The position numbers and the translations under genes are program-made. A stretch of 57,291 bases of DNA, taken from contig JACQWH010000029.1 in assembly GCA_016209345.1 (NCBI GenBank), positions 1 through 57,291 of the forward strand. The letters are read 5' to 3'. This stretch comes from Candidatus Uhrbacteria bacterium (GTDB taxonomy: Bacteria > Patescibacteriota > Patescibacteriia > JACQRZ01). Below are positions 18,131 through 25,839 of this stretch, piece by piece. The notes under the pieces were generated by a model, which did not search any database, was not told the DNA's origin, and saw nothing but the letters and a program-made list of their open reading frames with translations. Each line of letters opens with the position of its first letter. Position 1 is the first letter of the stretch.

Positions 18131-19145
18131 AAACAAAACGGCAATAAAAAAATGCGTTCTCGCTTTTTTTGTATCGGCGGTTTTGGCTGGCGTTCTTTTT
18201 TCATCTTCGGTCAATGCCGCCGACAACATCACCGTCACGCTTCAGATCCCGATTATCGGAGAAACGAACGTTCCCGTATGCCAGACGACGATCGGACCGG
18301 GTGGAAATGAAATTCTTGAATGCACCGGCATTGCCCGATATATCGGTATTGTATATCAGTGGGCGGTCGCGTTTGCGGCCGTTTTGGCTGTCCTTGCGTT
18401 CACCTATGCCGGCGTGCTATGGCTTATTGCCGGCGGGGATAGCGGCAAGGTGACGGAATCGAAAAAGGTTATGGGCAACGCAATCATCGGCCTCCTTCTT
18501 GCGCTGGGGTCCTACGTGCTTCTCAATGCAATAAACCCGAACCTTGTCGGGTTTGACGTCCTTCGACTTCCGGGAATCGCAAAAATTGAGCTTGATCTTA
18601 AACAGGTCGAGGACCACGGAGAGGAAACCGGCGATACCGGAGGTGTCGGGGGAATAGAAATAGCCGGCGATGGCAACCTTGATCGCCTCGCCGGATTGGT
18701 GCGCGATAACAAGCAGTTTGGCCTTGAACCAAGCCACTGTCTTGGCTGGGTCCGAAGAGCGCTTGTCCACATCTACGGTGAAGCAAAGTTCGCCGGATCG
18801 CCGCTGATAGGATCGGGCGCGTATCCGGGCCTCGTTGCGAAAAAATTTCTGGATGCAAGCAAGTTCACCGTCGGACTCCAGGGCGTTAAAAATGGTGATG
18901 TTGTTTTTATGCAGACGCCAGGTTCGCATCTTATCGCCATCGGTCGTGATACGGATTTACCGGGATATTCTGTCACCCATATCGGCATTTACTATAATGG
19001 TTCTGTGTATCACCAATTCGGAAAAGCCCTGCGCATAAGCAAAGTCCAAAAAACCCCCTCCGTGGCAAATGAAGACAATGTATTTACTGAGTCGGAAGGC
19101 GCGAAAAAGCTAAAGGTCATCGGCTACGGAAGCATGGGGCTTTAA
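18117..19145 (+). CDS. T4SS-pilin-like domain fused to a CHAP/NlpC-P60-like peptidase domain
   Basis: Same pilin-like module as the upstream gene. The C-terminal domain has a candidate Cys (PSHCLGWV) and His (VTHIGIYYNG) arrangement. The start was moved to MTQNKNK with a signal peptide. Confidence 0.6.
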   Translation: MTQNKNKTAIKKCVLAFFVSAVLAGVLFSSSVNAADNITVTLQIPIIGETNVPVCQTTIGPGGNEILECTGIARYIGIVYQWAVAFAAVLAVLAFTYAGVLWLIAGGDSGKVTESKKVMGNAIIGLLLALGSYVLLNAINPNLVGFDVLRLPGIAKIELDLKQVEDHGEETGDTGGVGGIEIAGDGNLDRLAGLVRDNKQFGLEPSHCLGWVRRALVHIYGEAKFAGSPLIGSGAYPGLVAKKFLDASKFTVGLQGVKNGDVVFMQTPGSHLIAIGRDTDLPGYSVTHIGIYYNGSVYHQFGKALRISKVQKTPSVANEDNVFTESEGAKKLKVIGYGSMGL

Positions 19146-19153
19146 ATTATCGT

Positions 19154-19221
19154 ATGGCGACAACAATTTTCATCTGCTCGCAGTGCGATGCGCAAAGCCC
19201 AAAATGGGCCGGACGCTGTTT
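19154..19221 (+). pseudogene. Orphan duplicate of the radA 5' end
   Basis: ATGGCGACAACAATTTTCATCTGCTCGCAGTGCGATGCGCAAAGCCCAAAATGGGCCGGACGCTGTTT encodes MATTIFICSQCDAQSPKWAGRCL, against RadA MALSVYICSNCDAQSPKWAGRCL. Homology stops at 19221. Confidence 0.7.
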
Positions 19222-19253
19222 GTCAGGAAATAGTGGCAAGTCCGATTTTCTAC

Positions 19254-19931
19254 TCACATGCCGAGTTGATGGCTTCGAACGGCCTCGGTGATTGTCTTTT
19301 TGATTTTTTTCCACGTCACCGCTCTATCAAAAAGTTTTACTCTGTCAATATCGTCATCTTCCTCCGCGTCATTAAAATAGAGTAGCCCCCGAAGAAAAAA
19401 GAAGTGGTTATACATCGGATATTTTTCTAATCCGAAGCGGATCATCTCATCCAGTGAAAAAATGTGTAATAAATAATATATATCAACAAAATCTCGATGA
19501 CGACCACGTTGCGCTATTGCGATGAGCTTCATTGCCGCAATATCCTGCAACGATGCAACCAATACCCCCTGCATAGGTATTGGCGATGCAACAAGCGGAT
19601 ATTCATAATAGAAACAGCTCAAGTGAATATCCGGTTTTGCCAAAAGATCAAAATTATCCTTTATGTCACGCGTTATCTCAATCTGCCAACGTTCTGCCAT
19701 GTACGAATAAAAGAGTTTGCTCAATGTTCCTTTAGCAAAGTGGCGTTGCCGATAAAAATCAAAATCTACTGACGTCCGATGGCCAATCTGTAGTGCGAGC
19801 GCAGTCCCTCCGGCAAGATACATGCCCGTCTTTTTCGTCCACGTAAGCTGTGAAAAAAAACGAGCCCGTGCCGGTGAAAGGACACTGTCAATATAACATG
19901 TTTTCTGTTGTTTTCTGATCATCGTCTTCAT
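19254..19931 (-). CDS. Nucleotidyltransferase AbiEii/AbiGii-family toxin-like protein
   Basis: Has the N-terminal motif LAGGTALALQIGHRTSVDFDFY characteristic of the AbiEii family. 225 aa and AT-rich. Confidence 0.6.
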   Translation of the reverse strand: MKTMIRKQQKTCYIDSVLSPARARFFSQLTWTKKTGMYLAGGTALALQIGHRTSVDFDFYRQRHFAKGTLSKLFYSYMAERWQIEITRDIKDNFDLLAKPDIHLSCFYYEYPLVASPIPMQGVLVASLQDIAAMKLIAIAQRGRHRDFVDIYYLLHIFSLDEMIRFGLEKYPMYNHFFFLRGLLYFNDAEEDDDIDRVKLFDRAVTWKKIKKTITEAVRSHQLGM

Positions 19932-20251
19932 TTACTCATCTTTATTCGCGGCGGAGGAAGCCCTGTTGGCGTGAGAGAAAAAAGAGCTCGCGCATAATCT
20001 CCCTTCGATGGTTGGACATTATATATGGTGGTCCAATAAACAAGCGCATCCTCGCGCCATATTCCACGCGCTGGATATTTGATATACTTTATGAGTGTTC
20101 TCCTGGAAAATGTCCTTAATGCCCATTGAATCTGCTTCCATGTTCCGTAATTTAAAATTTGCGGAATAATGGTTCCTGCGTGCTTTCGCGCATCTATAAG
20201 CGAAAGGTCATACGACCAAAGCGCTGATTGTAAAAATTTTGGTACCGCCAT
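19928..20251 (-). CDS. Small partner protein of the AbiEii-like gene (putative antitoxin)
   Basis: 107 aa, with a 4-nt ATGA overlap onto the downstream toxin-like gene. The LWSYDLSLID...NYGTW...W motif recalls a family often found upstream of AbiEii-like genes (from memory, unverified). Confidence 0.5.
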   Translation of the reverse strand: MAVPKFLQSALWSYDLSLIDARKHAGTIIPQILNYGTWKQIQWALRTFSRRTLIKYIKYPARGIWREDALVYWTTIYNVQPSKGDYARALFSLTPTGLPPPRIKMSK

Positions 20252-20270
20252 ATACTATTAGTATACCATA
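20228..20270. promoter_or_regulatory. Divergent overlapping promoters (radA on +, toxin cassette on -)
   Basis: Plus strand: TTGTAA, 17 nt, then TATACT (20251..20256). Minus strand: TGGTATACT (20260..20268), 8 nt before the ATG at 20251. The two -10 boxes form the palindrome TATACTATTAGTATA. Confidence 0.4.
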
Positions 20271-20287
20271 TTTTAAGCAAAAAATCA

Positions 20288-21685
20288 ATGGCTCTTTCTG
20301 TCTATATTTGTTCAAACTGCGACGCGCAAAGCCCTAAATGGGCCGGACGCTGTTTGGAATGTGGCGGATGGGGAACGTTGTCGCAAGGCGTCGCTGACGG
20401 ACAAAAGAAAGCGACATCAACCGCTGCTCCAGCCGATGCTACCCCCTTCTCGCAAATCTCTCACGAAGATGTCCCGCGTCGCTCAACCGGCATTGCCGAA
20501 GTTGATCAGGTGCTTGGCGGCGGCATTGTTCCGGGGAGCTTGATTCTGCTCGGAGGAGAGCCGGGGATCGGGAAGTCAACTCTGCTTGGGGAAATCGCTT
20601 TGAAAATGGGGTCAGGCACAAATTCTCTTCGCGAAATTGAGCCAGACCCCATTTTCTACTGTTCGGGTGAAGAATCGGCACAGCAAGTCAAAATGCGGTT
20701 TGACCGCCTGATGTCATCCCGAGCGCAGTCGAGGGATCTGCTCTTCATCGGCGAAACGAATTGCGAAAAAATTTGTAGCGCACTCCGCCATCACAAGCCG
20801 GCGCTTGCCATTGTTGACTCCATACAAACGATCGCGTCATCAGATATTCCATCTGAAGCGGGAAGTATCGCACAAGTGCGCGCGTGCACTGTCAAACTCC
20901 TTGAAGTTGCAAAACAGGAAAACATCCCAATCATTATTACCGGCCACGTCACGAAAGAGGGTGGCGTTGCGGGTCCCAAAACACTCGAACACTTGGTAGA
21001 TACCGTCCTGTATCTTGAGGGTGATGCGAGCCAGTATTTTCGCCTTCTCAAAACAGTAAAAAACCGCTTCGGCTCAACCAACGAAATAGGTGTCTTTGAA
21101 ATGACGGGTCAAGGACTTGTCGAGGTAAAAAATCCATCGGAACTGTTTCTTTCGTCGGACAGCGAACACGCGGCGGGCACTGCGACCACCTGCGTCGTGG
21201 AAGGATCGCGCGCCTTTCTCGTTCCCATTCAAGCATTGACGAGCAAAACCTACTTTGGGTATCCTCAAAGAAAAAGCATCGGCATCGATGCAAACCGGCT
21301 GGGACTTCTTGTCGCGGTGCTTTCAAAGCGACTCGGCGTCAATCTCGGCGATCAAGATATTCACGTCAACGTTGTCGGCGGATTGAAAATCAGCGAGCCG
21401 GCAGCTGACTTAGCGGTGTGCGCCAGCATCTTGTCCTCATACAAAAACAAAATGGTGTCTGGTTCCATTTCTTCAAAAATGGTACCTGACACCATTTTGC
21501 CGACTATTTTCTTTGGCGAAGTGGGTCTCACCGGCGAAGTGCGGCCCGTGAGCCATACCGAGAAACGACTCAAGGAGGCGGAAAAGCTCGGCTTCAAGGT
21601 TGCGTATATTCCAAAACAATCAAAGAAAATCTCAACAAGTATTCAGCTTGTTGAGATTAAAAACATTCGCGATCTCGAAATTTAG
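20288..21685 (+). CDS. radA: DNA repair protein RadA
   Basis: N-terminal zinc ribbon (CSNCDAQSPKWAGRCLECGGWG), Walker A GEPGIGKST, the KNRFG motif and a C-terminal Lon-like domain. Confidence 0.95.
   Translation: MALSVYICSNCDAQSPKWAGRCLECGGWGTLSQGVADGQKKATSTAAPADATPFSQISHEDVPRRSTGIAEVDQVLGGGIVPGSLILLGGEPGIGKSTLLGEIALKMGSGTNSLREIEPDPIFYCSGEESAQQVKMRFDRLMSSRAQSRDLLFIGETNCEKICSALRHHKPALAIVDSIQTIASSDIPSEAGSIAQVRACTVKLLEVAKQENIPIIITGHVTKEGGVAGPKTLEHLVDTVLYLEGDASQYFRLLKTVKNRFGSTNEIGVFEMTGQGLVEVKNPSELFLSSDSEHAAGTATTCVVEGSRAFLVPIQALTSKTYFGYPQRKSIGIDANRLGLLVAVLSKRLGVNLGDQDIHVNVVGGLKISEPAADLAVCASILSSYKNKMVSGSISSKMVPDTILPTIFFGEVGLTGEVRPVSHTEKRLKEAEKLGFKVAYIPKQSKKISTSIQLVEIKNIRDLEI
20602..20656 (+). repeat. 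In-frame palindromic insertion element P1 (55 nt)
   Basis: GAAAATGGGGTC...GACCCCATTTTC has 12-nt terminal inverted repeats. It is 100% identical to P3 in recG and encodes (K)MGSGTNSLREIEPDPIF just after the RadA P-loop. Confidence 0.8.
21448..21499 (+). repeat. In-frame palindromic insertion element P2 (52 nt)
   Basis: CAAAATGGTGTC T GGTTCCATTT CTTC AAAATGGTACC T GACACCATTTTG is a nested palindrome. It encodes KMVSGSISSKMVPDTIL in the RadA Lon-like domain, where E. coli RadA is about 12 aa shorter (from memory). Confidence 0.7.
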
Positions 21686-23619
21686 TTTTTGCTCACCAGA
21701 AACGGCAAGAGCCATTTTGCGACATCGTCAGGGCGCGTAGCATCATTCGGGTTGAGCGGGTTGTAGTAATTTTCTATTTCAAGTCCATCGATGAAGCCGT
21801 CACCGTCGGTGTCGGGATTCCCCGGGTCAGTACCAAATTGCTTCTCATCCTGATCGGCAAGAAGATCTTTGTCAGTATCGGGTTTTCTGGTCGCTCCTGA
21901 GTAGGTAATCGCCTGCATGATATTCCACTCCTCCGTAGTCTGGGGAACCTTCCCGTAGACACCCTTAAAAATTTCAATGCCACGCCGTTCGCTGTTGAGG
22001 TTCCGATGCTCGGCGGCCTGGCGCAATCCATAGGCCATAACCATAACGGCGGCCGTATCATTTTTGTTATTCTTAAGATTGGCAACACGCTTATACAACT
22101 GCTTAAAAACGGCTATTGCTTTTTTCTCGGCATCCGCATTACGTTCGGACGGATAGCGGCCGTTTGCAATTTTAATCATGTCTGAAAGGTCTGCATCTGT
22201 TTCGGGTAACTTGCTATATGCAGTTTTGTAAGAATAGGCAACCGCGGCACGCTCGCCAGCGCCAAGTTTTTCTGAATTTGCGTCAACGCCATAGGTGATA
22301 AACTGCGTAAGGGCAGATTTCGTTTGCTCGTTAACAGATTTCACGTCTTGGGTAAGACCCTGCAGATATTTTATTTCTGACTCTTGCTCTTTTACGACAG
22401 AACGCAACTGCTTCAACTCGGCCAAGATGTCATCGTATCGCTTGTCGGCAATAAGCTGTGTCTTTTTTTCAATATCGGCAAGCTGCGTATCGATATCCTT
22501 TGATTGTCCTACCTTTTCTCCGGCAGAGACCGTGCTCGTAGATTCTTGTTTTTTGTTGTCTGGCTCCTTTCCATCAACGCTGATTATAACGGTCTTGACG
22601 GTCTGCTTTCCCGAGAGCGCGCAATTAAGAAAATATTTTGTCGTAATGGCCGGGCGAACTACTGCCGACCCATTCGTCAGCCGCGTCAAACCCGATGACG
22701 CCCATTCGCTGTTCATGTCCCAAAGGAACGTATTGTCCTCCTGTAATACATCGGCGTATGACTGACAGACATCTGCGTTTGTTTTCCATGAGAGGCTGAC
22801 GGTTGCCCCTTTTTGGAGTGACGTCGCGTCGCTGATAAATTCTACCGTTGGCGCGGGGTTTTCTGCATTCACTGTGCTCTCAACATCTATCTCAACCATC
22901 GCCGATTGCTGCTTGGTGCTATTATGGCAAGAGAGCGCATAGAGGGATACCGCTTCGGAGGGCACAACAGCTTCCGAACCGCCCAATGGATTTTTTGTCC
23001 CCGTCCAGTTCGGACCTGATGCGGTACAGGTGTCAGCGTTTGTTACAAACCAGGTAAGCACAGTGCTCTCGCCCTGCTTGATTAACGATTTTGACGACGT
23101 AAGCCTCACGTCAATTGACTCTGTTTTTTCTGTCTTCTTTGTTTCTGTTTTCTGCGTATCCGCAGCAGCAGTAAAGTTCGACGTGGTGAACTGCCGGTCA
23201 TAACCGGTATTCATGTCGGCAGACGCGCCCCGCTTCCATGCCTTGACCTCATAGGTGTACGTTGTATTTGGTTTGAGCTTCTTGGAGAACCACTCGCCGG
23301 GACTCATATAAAAAGACTTGAGGGTTTCGTTTCCTTGGATTGTCGTCGTGAGATAGGGCGTATCGTGCAGAATCGAGATGTTCGGCGATTCCCAGAGAGA
23401 GATGGTGATCTTTTCAACGGGGTGCGAGACGGAGATACCGAACGAACGAACGTCCTCGGCGGTGTTACCCAATGCGTCAACTTTGTCGAGCGTGACGCTA
23501 GTGATCTGGAATTGAGTTTCGTCAGCGTACGCGAATTGAATCGTTGGATATACGGGAACCGAGAGAAGAAAGGTACCGACTATAAAAACGAGCGCGGAAG
23601 AAAAAAATGAAATACGCAT
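21682..23619 (-). CDS. Secreted protein with C-terminal thrombospondin-type-3-like Ca-binding repeats
   Basis: The start was moved to MRISFFSSALVFIV (signal peptide). The C-terminus reads DTDKD...DPGNPDTDGDGFIDGLEIENYYNPLNPND. Confidence 0.65.
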   Translation of the reverse strand: MRISFFSSALVFIVGTFLLSVPVYPTIQFAYADETQFQITSVTLDKVDALGNTAEDVRSFGISVSHPVEKITISLWESPNISILHDTPYLTTTIQGNETLKSFYMSPGEWFSKKLKPNTTYTYEVKAWKRGASADMNTGYDRQFTTSNFTAAADTQKTETKKTEKTESIDVRLTSSKSLIKQGESTVLTWFVTNADTCTASGPNWTGTKNPLGGSEAVVPSEAVSLYALSCHNSTKQQSAMVEIDVESTVNAENPAPTVEFISDATSLQKGATVSLSWKTNADVCQSYADVLQEDNTFLWDMNSEWASSGLTRLTNGSAVVRPAITTKYFLNCALSGKQTVKTVIISVDGKEPDNKKQESTSTVSAGEKVGQSKDIDTQLADIEKKTQLIADKRYDDILAELKQLRSVVKEQESEIKYLQGLTQDVKSVNEQTKSALTQFITYGVDANSEKLGAGERAAVAYSYKTAYSKLPETDADLSDMIKIANGRYPSERNADAEKKAIAVFKQLYKRVANLKNNKNDTAAVMVMAYGLRQAAEHRNLNSERRGIEIFKGVYGKVPQTTEEWNIMQAITYSGATRKPDTDKDLLADQDEKQFGTDPGNPDTDGDGFIDGLEIENYYNPLNPNDATRPDDVAKWLLPFLVSKN

Positions 23620-23647
23620 AGATAATATACGACAGTTAAAAATTATT

Positions 23648-25819
23648 TTACTTCCGCAGCAGTCCGCCCCACTCAACGACTGTAAAGCCGTTGCGCACAA
23701 CACTGCTTAATACTTGTGATTGTAGGGCAACCGGTTCTGTGAGTCCCTCGAAATCAAGGAAGATGCGAATCACTGTGTCTGGTTTTGGTATTACGGAAAG
23801 CGGTGCGAGCGCATTCATCTCACGTGTGCCAAGCCAGCTTAGCCGTGTGTAGGGTGTCGTAGGCATTTTTGACAGCCAGAATTCTAAGAAATCAGCGGCT
23901 TCTTTTTCGTTAAGTCCGAGCTGTGTGAGCTGAAATCTCAGTGTTCCTTCAAGCTGGTCGCGTGCGACAACCGTCCCTCGCGTGATTGTCGGATACTGCT
24001 TCCCGGTCCCCTCCCAAAACAGAGAGTCGTATGTGCCACTCTTGTGCTGTAGCGTTCCATCGGGATACGCACGCACCTGCCAACCGTTGCCATACGCAGG
24101 CTCAGAGATGCGGATCTGCGCATCCACCTTTACTAACACATCTGTTGGCGTTGTCGGATACAGGTAGATGACCGGCTTGCCACACTCAACCGCAGGACCG
24201 TAGCGTGTGTTATTGTATACGACATACCGATTCAACGCATCTTTGAACAAAATGGCAGGATACTTTGCGGTGAACTGTTCGTAGGTGAGTTTTTTGCTAT
24301 CTCCATTCTCATAATATGCCCCACCTGACATCTCATACAGCGCGCGGGCAACAGGATTTGATGATGCCTTAAACCCATAGATTATTTTTTCGGATGCGCC
24401 GACAGTGCCTATTTTGGTGATATCGGCAAGCGAAGCATCGCCGAGTACCGGCGTAAACGATCCGCCGCCACAGCCTCCTGTTGCAAGTTCCTGATACCCG
24501 TCTGTATTTCGTGTGCCGTTACTCCAACGGATACTTGGAACACCGTCATCACCCGCAAGCTCATTCTTGGTGTAATCGTAGGTATATTCAATGCCATTTA
24601 GCGCTTTTAACACAAAGGTCTGCACGCGCAAGGGCTTGATTGATGCTGGACCATCCACTAAATACAGCGTGCCATGTGCGGTAATCGCAACCTGCGTGCG
24701 TGTTTCCTTAAATCCCGGATCACTATACCGAAACCCACCGCGGTCAAGCGCGACCCCCCTATATGTAAGCGTCTCGGGCGCCTTTATCGATGAATACAGT
24801 GTATTTGTGTTGATGCGCACGCCGCGACCAACTGTGCCGCCAAATACTTTCCCGCTTTCCTTGTCGTAAATCTCCGAGTTGCGCGCAATAAATTCATAGG
24901 TTCCGCCCGTGTCTAAAAAGTACGCGTGGTAATCTTGAAGAGAAGGCCCGTCGGAAGGAATCTCTGCAAGAAGAATATCGCGTCCGTTGTCGTTGCCCGT
25001 TTTGTAATAGGTGATGGTCTCCCCATTTGTCTGCATGAACAAAAATGGCGGATTAGATAGTTTTTGCGGCTTGGACAGCCACGCGACGCCCGGATCCCAT
25101 GTCGACGGCGGCGTATATGTCTGTTGCAAGTTGGGGCTGCTGCTGGGCGTTGGAATAATTTGGTTGTCGATGACATATGCTTGCGGGATGTTGCTGATAT
25201 CTCGATTGGTGATGCCAAGCCCGAGCTCGCGCATGATGTTAAACGCATCAGATGGTCGTCCAAGAAAGTAACGTCGGCTGTCTACGGGATTGACATACCA
25301 AGCTTCCCCGTTTCGCTGAGTCTGAAGCAAAATTTTTCCGTGAAGACGCCGCGTAAGGATCATGTCAGTGGGCAGCACCCCCTGTCCCAATGGATCAAAA
25401 TTTTCTTGAAGTTCAATATCGTCGCTATATCCGTCATAATCCGTATCCGTGGCTTGCGGATTCATGCCAAGGGCTTCCTCTACGTTATTTGGAACTCCGT
25501 CCATGTCGGCATCGTCGAACCTGCCGCCGCCCATGGTGTTACGCGCAACACCAACCTGAATTTTACGCAAATTTGTATTTGAGATGCCGAGGCCCAAGCT
25601 GCGCATGAGTACAAATGCGTCAGAAGGTCGCCCCATCGATACACGCGCTCCTGTGTCCGGTCGTACGTACCAAGCTTCACCAAGACTTTCGGTCTGAAGA
25701 AGGATGCGACCCTTGAGGCGATCGGGCAATGCCGCCGCGCTTGCTGAGAGCGTGGGAAGGACTGAGGAAAAAATCATAACGGCAATGATGCCGACACGGA
25801 AAAAGCGAATATACGCCAT
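23648..25819 (-). CDS. Secreted protein with two copies of the GRILLQ..GEAWY ~55-aa domain
   Basis: The start was moved to MAYIRFF (signal peptide). Domain copies begin LKGRILLQTESLGEAWYVRPDTG... and LHGKILLQTQRNGEAWYVNPVDS..., separated by DxDxDG repeats. Confidence 0.65.
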   Translation of the reverse strand: MAYIRFFRVGIIAVMIFSSVLPTLSASAAALPDRLKGRILLQTESLGEAWYVRPDTGARVSMGRPSDAFVLMRSLGLGISNTNLRKIQVGVARNTMGGGRFDDADMDGVPNNVEEALGMNPQATDTDYDGYSDDIELQENFDPLGQGVLPTDMILTRRLHGKILLQTQRNGEAWYVNPVDSRRYFLGRPSDAFNIMRELGLGITNRDISNIPQAYVIDNQIIPTPSSSPNLQQTYTPPSTWDPGVAWLSKPQKLSNPPFLFMQTNGETITYYKTGNDNGRDILLAEIPSDGPSLQDYHAYFLDTGGTYEFIARNSEIYDKESGKVFGGTVGRGVRINTNTLYSSIKAPETLTYRGVALDRGGFRYSDPGFKETRTQVAITAHGTLYLVDGPASIKPLRVQTFVLKALNGIEYTYDYTKNELAGDDGVPSIRWSNGTRNTDGYQELATGGCGGGSFTPVLGDASLADITKIGTVGASEKIIYGFKASSNPVARALYEMSGGAYYENGDSKKLTYEQFTAKYPAILFKDALNRYVVYNNTRYGPAVECGKPVIYLYPTTPTDVLVKVDAQIRISEPAYGNGWQVRAYPDGTLQHKSGTYDSLFWEGTGKQYPTITRGTVVARDQLEGTLRFQLTQLGLNEKEAADFLEFWLSKMPTTPYTRLSWLGTREMNALAPLSVIPKPDTVIRIFLDFEGLTEPVALQSQVLSSVVRNGFTVVEWGGLLRK

Positions 25820-25839
25820 ACACAAGTGGTTACGATTAT

